Shown: one piece after another, positions 25,918 through 34,829 of the stretch
Numbering within the stretch: position 1 is the stretch's first letter
How the letters are laid out: every line of letters starts with the position of its first letter
Virus record (IMG/VR): IMGVR_UViG_3300035683_000205
Coordinates: 1-55,694 of that record
Length of the DNA stretch: 55,694 nucleotides
Strand: one strand, 5' to 3'
Origin: a virus
Lineage: Duplodnaviria > Caudoviricetes
Program-made: the position numbers and the translations under genes
The notes under the pieces: generated by a model
Databases searched by the model: none
What the model saw: the letters and a program-made list of their open reading frames with translations, nothing else
Told to the model about the DNA's origin: nothing

Positions 25918-26388
25918 ATGCTGACCGCCATCGCCTGCGCAGTGTTCAGCTTCACCCTTCTCCCCCTCGTACTCCCGTACGTCCTGAGAGAGCAAGGCCA
26001 TGTTGGCATCGGAAGCGGCAGGTGCCGCGTAACGATTTACTCTCGCGGCTGCGCCATGCACGGGGCGACCAACCTGCGAACGCCATGGGGATACCTGTGC
26101 ATCCGCTTCCCCACGAGGAAGTTCGGACGGTGGCTGGGCTGGCACCTGTACGTGTCGCCGAACGCGACGCAATGGGCCGCATCCTGGGGAGTCGGCCCCG
26201 GAATCGAGCTGCGATATCGCGACGAGATCCACGCGCGCCGCGCCGCCCGCCGTCATCTTGTCCGGGTCGTCCGCAGACTCCCGCACGAGGACCTGACGGC
26301 GGTGGCGCAGTCCCTCGCCGCCGGGGAGCCGTTCGGAATTCAGTTCACTGGCCATGAGGGAACCAACGGGGCGGGAGGTGAGGCATGA
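25918..26388 (+). CDS. Hypothetical protein with an N-terminal membrane anchor
   Basis: GGAG SD; hydrophobic N-terminus; YVSPNATQWAA.WG.GPG motif. Confidence 0.65.
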   Translation: MLTAIACAVFSFTLLPLVLPYVLREQGHVGIGSGRCRVTIYSRGCAMHGATNLRTPWGYLCIRFPTRKFGRWLGWHLYVSPNATQWAASWGVGPGIELRYRDEIHARRAARRHLVRVVRRLPHEDLTAVAQSLAAGEPFGIQFTGHEGTNGAGGEA

Positions 26389-27053
26389 GAGTCTTCTGGA
26401 TGGAGCCCACGCGAGAGGTGCAGGTCCGCCTGCGCCGCTACGTCCAGGGCCAGGACGAGCCGTGCCGCGGCTCCGCAACCGGCTGGTGCTGCGACGCCGA
26501 CGTGGTGATCTACGACCGCGCGTGGGCGTCCGCGTGGGTGGAGACGTACGAGCTGCCCGGGTGCCCGGGCCAGACCTTCCACCGAGCTCGCGCCGAGAAG
26601 ATCGCCGACGCCGACCCCCGCTGGCCGACGCACTGCGCCGCCTGCGGCCGCGCCTTCCCCGAGACCGCCGCACGCCAGGTGTGGGCGGACCGGCTGTACA
26701 TCGGCGCCCCGGATGGCCGCCTCCACTCTGAGCGGGAGCTGCCGGTGGGCTCGCTGTACGACGTCGACCACCTCCACGGCACGGACCGTCAGGGGCCGGA
26801 CGGGATCGCCCTCGCCTGCGTCACGCCGGGCGGTACCTGGTACGTGGATTCGCAGGCGAGCAACTGCACCCGCCCGGGTGAGCCGCATCAGTGCTGGGTG
26901 CGGCACGGAGATCCGCGCGACCCGCAGGGGGAGCGTTCGGGCCGCCCGCTGCACGTCGACAAGAACGGCGACACCTGCGCCGCCGGCGCGGGGAGCATCC
27001 AGTGCGGCCGGTACCACGGGTTCCTGCACAACGGCCAGCTCACCAACTGCTGA
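26385..27053 (+). CDS. Cys/His-rich conserved phage protein
   Basis: WP..C..C, W..D..ASNC...H.CW.RHG, GSI....YHGFL.NG.L. Confidence 0.75.
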   Translation: MRVFWMEPTREVQVRLRRYVQGQDEPCRGSATGWCCDADVVIYDRAWASAWVETYELPGCPGQTFHRARAEKIADADPRWPTHCAACGRAFPETAARQVWADRLYIGAPDGRLHSERELPVGSLYDVDHLHGTDRQGPDGIALACVTPGGTWYVDSQASNCTRPGEPHQCWVRHGDPRDPQGERSGRPLHVDKNGDTCAAGAGSIQCGRYHGFLHNGQLTNC

Positions 27054-27065
27054 GAGGAATCCATC

Positions 27066-27275
27066 ATGCCGAAGCGCAAGGGAATGCCGCTGGAGATGGC
27101 GGAGCGGAAGGTGGCCGGGATGAGCTACGACGCCGTGCAGGCGGTGCTGCGCAGTCACCGAGTGGAGCTGTGGTTGGACAACGAGAGCATCGTCCGGCGC
27201 CTGCTGGCGGAGAAGATGGAGCGCGGCGAGATCGCCGACCCGACGCGGACAGACGATACGGTGGTGCGCTCGTGA
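27066..27275 (+). CDS. Hypothetical protein
   Basis: GAGGA SD. Confidence 0.6.
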   Translation: MPKRKGMPLEMAERKVAGMSYDAVQAVLRSHRVELWLDNESIVRRLLAEKMERGEIADPTRTDDTVVRS

Positions 27276-27826
27276 GGCGCGACCTGACCGGCGGAGAGGC
27301 CGCCGCCCGCATCGACCGCCATCGCGCCGAGAAGGAGCAGACGCGCGCTGGCACCGCGCCGACCGGCGTCCAGCACGCCATCGTGCTGCGGGGCTGCATC
27401 GTACGCGTGTACCCGGCCGCTCGCTACCTGGAGACCATCTACCCGGACGGCAGTATGCTGCCGGCGGCGCCGCACGACACCGACGCCTACCGCCAGACCG
27501 CGCGGGCCTGTGGGTACGGAGTGGACACGTGGGCGCTCTGCCGCGAGCACGAGCTGCTCCACTCCCTGCTGGCGGAAGAGCGCGACCTCTGCCAGTCGCC
27601 CACGCTCTGGGACGTGGCGCATGGCGTCGCCCCGGACGCTGCGCAGCTCGCCGTCCATCACCGGGAGGAGAGCGAGGTGCTTGCCCTCCAGCTGTACGCG
27701 AACACCGGCGACACCAACATCGACCCGCACGGCGTCCTCTCGGCTCTCGCCATGGAGTTCGACCTGGTGCGCTTCCGGGCTCGCGTCCTCGCCCTCCGTG
27801 CCTTCTCGGCGTCCTCTCGTCCGTAG
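27272..27826 (+). CDS. HExxH-containing protein (possible metallopeptidase fold)
   Basis: EHELLHSLL followed by a downstream EE pair. Confidence 0.55.
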   Translation: MRRDLTGGEAAARIDRHRAEKEQTRAGTAPTGVQHAIVLRGCIVRVYPAARYLETIYPDGSMLPAAPHDTDAYRQTARACGYGVDTWALCREHELLHSLLAEERDLCQSPTLWDVAHGVAPDAAQLAVHHREESEVLALQLYANTGDTNIDPHGVLSALAMEFDLVRFRARVLALRAFSASSRP

Positions 27827-28192
27827 ATGGCGTACCAGCCGCCTGTCCCCGGTGTCTGCTGCCCGTGGTGCGGCCATGCCCACGGCGGGAGGGACACGTT
27901 CACCCGCGAGGGCGTGTTCATCCCGCAGCACAAGTGCGCCTTCCGTGACTGCGGGAAGTGGTACGCTGTCGCGTACAGGGTGACCGTGGAGCAGGTGGAG
28001 GGGGAGGGAGGGGCCACAGACATCGTGGTGCACGCGCGCGTGGAGGGGGTGGCGAAGAGCTACGGAGCCAGCCTTCCCCACCTGCTCGACACCCTGACCT
28101 CCCTCCAGCGGCTACCGGGCGTATCCCTGTCGAATCACGAGGTGCGGGTGGCGTTCGCGTGCGCCTCCGCCCTCAGTGAGTCCGCGGCCTGA
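27827..28192 (+). CDS. Zn-ribbon protein
   Basis: CPWCG and CAFRDCGK. Confidence 0.55.
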   Translation: MAYQPPVPGVCCPWCGHAHGGRDTFTREGVFIPQHKCAFRDCGKWYAVAYRVTVEQVEGEGGATDIVVHARVEGVAKSYGASLPHLLDTLTSLQRLPGVSLSNHEVRVAFACASALSESAA

Positions 28193-28249
28193 AGGGGCGG
28201 GGGAGCGCGTGAGAGTGCAGCAGCCATGCGGTCTCTGGCCCATGGGCGC

Positions 28250-28345
28250 GGGTCCTTTCCAGGGGATAAAAAGAAAGGGTCCCCCGCCACCCCGGTCGGT
28301 CTCTCATTCGCATTTCGCTAAGAGCCTGTTTCGTTTCGCTCGCGG
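28250..28345 (+). other. Putative cos packaging site (cosQ-cosN-cosB-like)
   Basis: GGGTCCTTTCC matches lambda cosQ plus flank; GC dyad about 30 bp later; TTCG repeats; directly upstream of terS. Confidence 0.6.
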
Positions 28346-28388
28346 GGTCCGTGCGGGCGGCGCCGCGTCTCGCCTCCGGGGTGCCTGA

Positions 28389-28988
28389 ATGCGAAGCGGC
28401 GGGGGCGGGTCCAAGGGCGCAAAGCCGGCTGGTTCGGACGTGAACGAGCTCGCGAAGCTGCTGGGGGTCACCCCCCGGCGTGTGCAGCAGCTGGTGGACG
28501 AAGGTGTGGTGGTCCGGCTCGGCCGGGGCCAGTACGACGCCATCGCATCGAACCACAACTACATCAAGTACTGGCAGGACCGGGCGGAGGGCCGCGCCGG
28601 CGCGAGCGCGCAGACGGCCGTCCAGGAGTATCGTGCCGAGATTCTGCGCATGGAGTTGGAGGACAAGCGCCTGGAGCTCGCCCGGAAGTACGGCGAGCTG
28701 GTGGACCTGGACCACATGGAGAAGGTGCTGCGCGGCGTCGTCTCGCAGGTGGGGCGGGCGCTGGACAACATGGCCGGGCTCCTGGCGCCGCAGGTGGCGG
28801 AGCAACCCGCGCCGGAGTGCTTCGAGGTAATTGACGGCTACGTGGAGGACACCAAGGAGCGGCTGCGGAAGGCGTTCGAAGAGGCCATGAGCGGGGAGGA
28901 AGACGGCGGCGAGGAGGGGCCCGGGGAAGCGGCGGATGTGCCCGGCACCTGGGCGGAGGACGACCCGGACGAGCTGGAAGAGGAATGA
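28389..28988 (+). CDS. Terminase small subunit, Nu1-like
   Basis: ELAKLLGVTPRRVQQL wHTH, coiled coil, GELV motif. Confidence 0.85.
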   Translation: MRSGGGGSKGAKPAGSDVNELAKLLGVTPRRVQQLVDEGVVVRLGRGQYDAIASNHNYIKYWQDRAEGRAGASAQTAVQEYRAEILRMELEDKRLELARKYGELVDLDHMEKVLRGVVSQVGRALDNMAGLLAPQVAEQPAPECFEVIDGYVEDTKERLRKAFEEAMSGEEDGGEEGPGEAADVPGTWAEDDPDELEEE

Positions 28989-30970
28989 TCTGGACGAAGG
29001 GGACCGCCCCGTCCGCGCGTCGCGAGGGGCGGAGCCGGGTGGCCGGTGTGATCCGCTCGGTGTTCGCGCCCAAGCCGAAGCTGACGATCAGCCAGTGGGC
29101 GGAAAAGTACCGCTGGCTGGACGAGTACACCGCCGGCGGCGCGCGTCCGTGGGGGAAGACGCCGCCGTACCTCCGCGAGATCCTGGACGTGATCGGGGAT
29201 CCGCGGACGCAGGAAGCCGTGATCATGAAGTCGGCGCAGGTCGGGTTCACGAACGGCATCCTCCTCAACATCATCGCCTACTTCATCCACCTGCTGCCGC
29301 GGGGGCTGATGCTGGTGCAGCCGTCCGAAGGGGCGGCCAAGAAGTTCACGAAGGACAAGCTCGACCCCACCATCCGCGCTACGCCCGTGCTCCGCGGGCT
29401 GATCAAAGAGCAGAAACGGAAGCGCGGGCAGGCGGACAACGACACGCTCCTGTCGAAGTATTTTCGCGGCGGGTTCCTTCAGATGGTGGGCGCCGCCAGC
29501 CCCATTGGGCTGCGCAGCTCCTCCGTCGGCGTCGTCCTGGTGGACGAGGTGGACGCCATGGACCCGCGCGGCGCTGGGGACGAGGGGGACCAGATCGACT
29601 TGGCGCGGGCGCGCACGGAAACGTTCTGGGACGGCAAGGTCGTCGTGGGCTCCACCCCCACGCTGACCGAGATCTCCCGCATCCTCCCCCGCTTCAAGGC
29701 CAGCGACCAGCGGTACTATCACATCACCTGCCCGCACTGCGGTGGGGAGCAGCACCTGGAATGGGGTGACCGCGACAGCGCGTACGGGATCAAGTTCGAA
29801 TACACCCGCACCGCCACTGGCCAGCGCCTGGTCAAGCCGGGATCTGTCTACTACCTGTGCAAGCACTCCGCCTGCCTGATCACGGAGCACGAGAAGCGCC
29901 GCGCGGTGCGCACCGGGCGGTGGATTGCGCAGAACCCCGAGTCGAGCATCGCCGGCTGGCACATCAACTCCCTGATCAGCGTGCTTGCCGGCGCGAAGTG
30001 GGAGAAGTTGGTTCAGCGGTGGCTGAGTGCGCAGGGCGACCCGGCGGCCCTGCAGGTGTTCATGAACACCGTGCTCGGCCTGCCGTGGGACGGTCCAGCG
30101 CAGAAGGTGGGCCCCGACACGCTGTACGGGCGGCGCGAGGAGTACGGCGCCGGCTACCCGGTGGAGGTGCCGCGCGGCGTCGGCCTTCTCACCATGGCGG
30201 TGGACACGCAGGACCGCTGGCTGGAGTACACGGTGAAGGGGTGGGGGGTGGAAGGCGAGTCCTGGGTGATCGAGCACGGCCAGCTCGTCGGGAGCCCGTC
30301 CAGGCCGAAGGTGTGGCGGGAGCTGGACGCGCTGCGCGCGCGGGAGTGGCAGCACGAGGGTGGCGCGCGGCTGCGCATCGCGGCCGTCACCATCGACGCG
30401 ATGGGCCACCACACGGAGGACGTGTACAAGTACGTCAAGCCGCGGGAGGAGTTCAACGTGCGCGCGTGCCGCGGCTCAACCACCCCAGGCCAGCCGCTCG
30501 TCGCGAAGGTGACCCGCCCCGGCAAGCGCGGCGTGCGCCTGGTCCACGTCGGCACCGAGACGGCGAAGGACACCATCTACGCCGTGCTCAACATCGCCGA
30601 GGGGCCCGGCCGGATGCACTTCCCCATGTCGCTGGACGCAGAGTATTTCCGGCAGCTGGTAGCGGAGACGCCTGTCAACCGCCTCCGCGGCGGGAAGATC
30701 ATCCGGCAGTACATCCCGCCCAAGTCCGGGCGTGTGGAGGCACTGGACCTGGAGGTGCTGAACCGGCTGGCGGTCCGGATCACACTTGGCCAGCGGTACG
30801 CGGAGAAGCTGGCGGACCAGGTAGATGCCGTGTGGGCGGAGGGCCTTCGGATCCGCCAGGCGGAGGTGGCCGGCAGCGCTCGCCCCCCCTCGGTCGCTGG
30901 GCCCGCGCGCCGCGGAGGGCGAAAGGGCGGGCGCCGGGGGGGGAGGGAGGTGTCCGGCGGCGTGCGATGA
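28985..30970 (+). CDS. Terminase large subunit, lambda gpA family
   Basis: SQWAE..R, KSAQVGFT, DEVD, STPT, SDQR..CPHC, FMNTVLG.PW, VDTQ, EALD. Confidence 0.97.
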   Translation: MIWTKGTAPSARREGRSRVAGVIRSVFAPKPKLTISQWAEKYRWLDEYTAGGARPWGKTPPYLREILDVIGDPRTQEAVIMKSAQVGFTNGILLNIIAYFIHLLPRGLMLVQPSEGAAKKFTKDKLDPTIRATPVLRGLIKEQKRKRGQADNDTLLSKYFRGGFLQMVGAASPIGLRSSSVGVVLVDEVDAMDPRGAGDEGDQIDLARARTETFWDGKVVVGSTPTLTEISRILPRFKASDQRYYHITCPHCGGEQHLEWGDRDSAYGIKFEYTRTATGQRLVKPGSVYYLCKHSACLITEHEKRRAVRTGRWIAQNPESSIAGWHINSLISVLAGAKWEKLVQRWLSAQGDPAALQVFMNTVLGLPWDGPAQKVGPDTLYGRREEYGAGYPVEVPRGVGLLTMAVDTQDRWLEYTVKGWGVEGESWVIEHGQLVGSPSRPKVWRELDALRAREWQHEGGARLRIAAVTIDAMGHHTEDVYKYVKPREEFNVRACRGSTTPGQPLVAKVTRPGKRGVRLVHVGTETAKDTIYAVLNIAEGPGRMHFPMSLDAEYFRQLVAETPVNRLRGGKIIRQYIPPKSGRVEALDLEVLNRLAVRITLGQRYAEKLADQVDAVWAEGLRIRQAEVAGSARPPSVAGPARRGGRKGGRRGGREVSGGVR

Positions 30971-30980
30971 TTTGTGCGGC

Positions 30981-31009
30981 TTGACGCCACGCCCGGCATG
31001 GTCTACTTT
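30981..31009 (+). promoter_or_regulatory. Sigma70-type promoter (candidate late promoter)
   Basis: TTGACG 30981-30986, 17 bp, TACTTT 31004-31009. Confidence 0.7.
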
Positions 31010-31036
31010 ACACCGTACGAAAACCGAACGGGCAAG

Positions 31037-31084
31037 GAGCCCCCTGCGCGACCCTCACGGGTTGCCCAGGGGGCTCTTTCGTTT
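31037..31084 (+). terminator. Intrinsic terminator just downstream of the promoter
   Basis: GAGCCCCCTG..GACCC TCAC GGGTT..CAGGGGGCTC then TTTCGTTT. Confidence 0.75.
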
Positions 31085-31104
31085 CCACCCCCTGGCTCCG
31101 CTTC

Positions 31105-31323
31105 ATGCCCGACGCCCTCCAGACGCTCCGCCAGCAGCTTGCCAGTGTGCGCGCGGCCATCCAGACCACGGAGGCTGCGGGCCAGGCGCGCGAGATCAAC
31201 GGCCGCTCCACGGAGCAGGCCAAGCTCGACACGCTGTACGCGCGCGAGAAAGACCTGCTGAACCGCATCGACAGCGCGAAGCGGCGCCGCGGGCTCCGCT
31301 CTGGCCGGGCGTTCGGGGCGTGA
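31105..31323 (+). CDS. gpW-like head-tail joining protein
   Basis: 72 aa helix-hairpin-helix (GQAREINGRS..A.L..L) between terminase and portal. Confidence 0.85.
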   Translation: MPDALQTLRQQLASVRAAIQTTEAAGQAREINGRSTEQAKLDTLYAREKDLLNRIDSAKRRRGLRSGRAFGA

Positions 31324-33005
31324 GCGCGCGGCGCGCGGTGGTGCAAGCGGCCCCGGCCGCCCCCCCCGTCCAGCCGAACCTGCTGGACAAGGTGGTTTCC
31401 TGGGTGAGCCCGGAGCGCGGCATGGCGCGGCTTGAGGCGCGCGCGGCGCTCACGTCCGGCGCGTATGCCGCTGGCCGGTCTGATCGCACCGCCACGCGCA
31501 GCTGGCACCCGTCCAGGGGCAGCGCCAACGCGGAGGTGGAGGGCGACCGGCCGCTGGCGACCGGCCGCGCGCGCTCCCTGGGGCGGGACAACCCGATTGC
31601 CGCCTCGGCGCTCCTCACCACCGTCGCCTACACCGTGGGGACGGGGCTCTGGCCGGTCCCGCAGATCGACGCCGAGCTGCTGGGGCTGACGGACGAAGAG
31701 GCCGACGACCTGGCCGTCACGATGGACAGGCTCTGGTTCGCCTGGGCGACGACGCTTAACAGCGACGTCGCGCGCCGCCAGACCTTTGCGCAGCACCAGG
31801 CGCTCGCCATCCGGAGCGAGCGCGAGAACGGCGACGTGTTCGTGGTGCGGCGGTGGAAGGAGCGGCCGGGGATGCTCTTCGGCACCTGCCTCCAGCTGAT
31901 CGAAGCGGACCGGGTAGCGACCCCGCCGGAGCACGAGCACCGCAAGGACGTGGTGGGCGGGATCGAGTTCGACGCGGACGGGGAGCCCATCGCCTGCTAC
32001 ATCCGGAACGAGCACCCCGGCGAAGAGCCCGGTATCACCACCGCCACCCCCGCCGCCTTCACGCGCGTCCCGTTCTACGTGGAGGGCGAGTGGCACGTCC
32101 TCCACCTGGTGGACATGCTCCGCCCGGAGCAGATCCGGGGGATGACGTTCTTCGCCCCCGTGGTGGAGGCGCTGCGGTCCATCGGCGAGTTCTCCGACGC
32201 CGAGCTGGACGCGGCGGTGATCTCGGCCTTCCACACGGTGGTGGTGACCAACACGACCCCGCCCGAGGACGACGAAGAGGGCGGGCTGGGGACCGGGGGC
32301 GCGCTCACGGACGAGACGCCGATCATCACGCACACCGGCCCCGCGGGTGTCGCTGAGGCGCCGGTGGGGCCGGCGCTGAAGCTCGGCAAGGGCAACGTCT
32401 TCGAGCTGGAGGACGGCCAGGGCGTGGAGGTGGTTGAGAGCAAGCGGCCGAACCCTGCGTTCGCGCCGTTCTTCGAGGCCATGACCACGTACATCTCCGC
32501 GGCGCTCGGCCTCCCCCCCGAAGTGGTGGCGGCCAAGTTCACCACGTCCTACACGGCCGCCCGCGGCGCGCTCCTCCACCTGTGGCGGATCGTCAACCTC
32601 CGCCGGTACACCTTCGGCGAGTCGTACCTGGACCCGGTGCGCGCGGCCGTCGTGGACGAGGCTGTGGCGCGCGGGTACCTGGCCGTCCGCCCGGACTACT
32701 GGACCAACCCGCTGGTTCGCCTCGCATACCTGGGGTGCCGCTGGATCGGGGATCCCCCCGGCCAGATCGACCCCCTCAAGGAAACCAAGGCCGCGGAACT
32801 GAAGGTCGCGCGCGGCTTCTCCACCTACGAGGAAGAGACGCTCCTGATGAACGGCGGAGACTTCCGCCGGAACGTGCGCCGGCTTCGCCGCGAGGTGGCG
32901 GAGCTGCGCGAGGCGGGCGTGCTGGCCGCGCCGCCCGACCAGGTGAGCGCCGAGGCGCAAGCCATCATCGACGCCGAAAAGGAGGACGCCGGTGGCAAGG
33001 ACTGA
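31320..33005 (+). CDS. Portal protein, lambda family
   Basis: RAR.L.RDNP, LQLIEADR, GIEFD..G, RPEQ.RG, SYTAAR, IDP.KE. Confidence 0.95.
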   Translation: MSARRAVVQAAPAAPPVQPNLLDKVVSWVSPERGMARLEARAALTSGAYAAGRSDRTATRSWHPSRGSANAEVEGDRPLATGRARSLGRDNPIAASALLTTVAYTVGTGLWPVPQIDAELLGLTDEEADDLAVTMDRLWFAWATTLNSDVARRQTFAQHQALAIRSERENGDVFVVRRWKERPGMLFGTCLQLIEADRVATPPEHEHRKDVVGGIEFDADGEPIACYIRNEHPGEEPGITTATPAAFTRVPFYVEGEWHVLHLVDMLRPEQIRGMTFFAPVVEALRSIGEFSDAELDAAVISAFHTVVVTNTTPPEDDEEGGLGTGGALTDETPIITHTGPAGVAEAPVGPALKLGKGNVFELEDGQGVEVVESKRPNPAFAPFFEAMTTYISAALGLPPEVVAAKFTTSYTAARGALLHLWRIVNLRRYTFGESYLDPVRAAVVDEAVARGYLAVRPDYWTNPLVRLAYLGCRWIGDPPGQIDPLKETKAAELKVARGFSTYEEETLLMNGGDFRRNVRRLRREVAELREAGVLAAPPDQVSAEAQAIIDAEKEDAGGKD

Positions 33006-34389
33006 AGCGCACCGCGTGCTCGCCGGCCTGGCGGGTCAGCAGTGGTGGATCACCGACGCGTACGCGGAGCACCTGAGCGCGGCCGTCGCGCTCGTCTCTG
33101 CGCTGGGCACGACGAGCCCCGAGGAAGTGCGGGAGCAGCTGCGGGCCATCTTCGCGCCGGCCGCCTCGCTCGCGCCGGTGTCGGTGGCCGCCAGCCTGGG
33201 CGAGCCGCTGGAAGGTGCCAGGCGCGCCACGGTGCGGGACGGGGTGGCGATCATCCCCGTGATGGGGGCGCTCTGGCACTACGCCAACATCATGACCGCC
33301 CTGTGCGGGGACACCTCGTACGAGCAGATCATGGGCGACCTGCGCGCCGTGGAGCAGGCGCACGCGGCGGGGACCGTCTACGCAGCGCTGCTGGAGGTGG
33401 ACGGGCCGGGCGGGGTGGTGGCCGGGTGCGCGGTGACCGCCCGCGCCGTACGGCAGCTCGCCGGGACCATGCCGGTCCAGTCGATCATCACCGGCCAGGG
33501 GTGCTCCGCCAGCTACTACGTGGCCGCGGGCGCGTCGCGGGTGTTCGTCCAGCCGGGCACGCTCACCGGGAGCATCGGCACGGTCGCCACCTTCCGGCTA
33601 AAGCCCACCGGCGACGGCGAGGTCCTGGAGATCGTGTCGGAGCAGAGCCCGAAGAAGCGCCCGGACCTGCGCACGCCGGAGGGCCAGGCGCAGGCGAGGG
33701 TGTGGGTCAACGACCTCGGCGGGGAGTTCGTCGCGGACATGGCGACGTTCCGCGGCGTCACCGAGGACGAGGTGCTGGAGCGGTTCGGACAGGGTGACAT
33801 CATGGCCGCCGCCAGGGCTGTTGAGGCAGGACTGGCGGACGGGATCAGCAGCTTCGAGCGCGTGCTGGCCGACCTGGCGCAGCGCGCCCCCGCCGCGCGT
33901 CGCGGCAACCCCGCCCGCGGCGGGATCACAGGTTCACAGGAGACCACGGCCATGGCCGACACGCAGAGGACCCCCCAGGAGCGCGCCACCACCTTCGCCG
34001 CGGAGCACCCCGACGCCGCCGCGATCATCCGCGCCGAGGGCGCCGAGGCCGCCGCCACGGCGGAACGCTCGCGCATCCTCGCCATCGACGCGGCCACGCT
34101 CCCCGGCTTCGAGGCCGTCACGGCGCCGCTCAAGAACGACTCCACCAAGACCGCCGGCGACGCGGCGCTCGCCATCATCGCCGCGCAGCGCGAGGGGAAG
34201 GGCCCCGCGGCCACGCCGGCGCCGGCTCCCGACGCCGCCGCCGCCGGAGCTGCGCACCTGAGCCTGGTGCAGCGCGTGGAGACCGGCGCCCCGAAGCCGC
34301 CCGCGCTCCCCGTGAACGGCAGCGCCGCGGACGACCCCGCCAAGGCCGAGGCGGACGAGCTGGACGCCATCATGAAGGCCGGCGCGTGA
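32992..34389 (+). CDS. S49 prohead protease (gpC) with C-terminal scaffold
   Basis: D.PGG.V.G, CSASYY.A, GSIG, A..AGLAD. Confidence 0.9.
   Translation: MARTEAHRVLAGLAGQQWWITDAYAEHLSAAVALVSALGTTSPEEVREQLRAIFAPAASLAPVSVAASLGEPLEGARRATVRDGVAIIPVMGALWHYANIMTALCGDTSYEQIMGDLRAVEQAHAAGTVYAALLEVDGPGGVVAGCAVTARAVRQLAGTMPVQSIITGQGCSASYYVAAGASRVFVQPGTLTGSIGTVATFRLKPTGDGEVLEIVSEQSPKKRPDLRTPEGQAQARVWVNDLGGEFVADMATFRGVTEDEVLERFGQGDIMAAARAVEAGLADGISSFERVLADLAQRAPAARRGNPARGGITGSQETTAMADTQRTPQERATTFAAEHPDAAAIIRAEGAEAAATAERSRILAIDAATLPGFEAVTAPLKNDSTKTAGDAALAIIAAQREGKGPAATPAPAPDAAAAGAAHLSLVQRVETGAPKPPALPVNGSAADDPAKAEADELDAIMKAGA
33952..34389 (+). CDS. Nested in-frame scaffolding protein (Nu3-like)
   Basis: AGGAG SD before the internal ATG; AERSRILAI motif. 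Confidence 0.65.
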   Translation: MADTQRTPQERATTFAAEHPDAAAIIRAEGAEAAATAERSRILAIDAATLPGFEAVTAPLKNDSTKTAGDAALAIIAAQREGKGPAATPAPAPDAAAAGAAHLSLVQRVETGAPKPPALPVNGSAADDPAKAEADELDAIMKAGA

Positions 34390-34413
34390 CCCCCCACCGG
34401 AGCTGAAACGACC

Positions 34414-34803
34414 ATGGACCGTTACCCGACTCCCGGCGTGCGAGACCTGGGGCTCTCCCCGGAGCACGACGACCTGTTCGCGGGGGAGCACCCGACCCCC
34501 GTCTCCACCGAGGTGACCATCGCCGCCGGCCAGGTGCTCAAGCGCAAGGCCGTGCTCGGCAGGATTGCCGCCAACGAGGAGTTCAAGCTGGCCGCGGCCG
34601 CGGCCAGCGACGGCTCCGAGTCCCCGCGGGCGGTGCTCGCGCAGGACGTGGACACCACCGGCGGCGCCAAGAAGGTGCTCGTGTACCTCCAGGGCTGCTT
34701 CAACCGGAACGTCCTGATCTTCGGAGCGGGGCACGACGCCGACTCCGTCTTCTGGGCCCTCGCGGACGTGGGGATCGTTCTCCGCGACACCGTGCGCCCG
34801 TAA
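34414..34803 (+). CDS. Head decoration protein (gpD-like)
   Basis: LFAG, G..L...VLG, DGSE.P.AVL, G.FN...L. Confidence 0.9.
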   Translation: MDRYPTPGVRDLGLSPEHDDLFAGEHPTPVSTEVTIAAGQVLKRKAVLGRIAANEEFKLAAAAASDGSESPRAVLAQDVDTTGGAKKVLVYLQGCFNRNVLIFGAGHDADSVFWALADVGIVLRDTVRP

Positions 34804-34829
34804 CCGCTGATCGCGAGGGAAACCCGATC

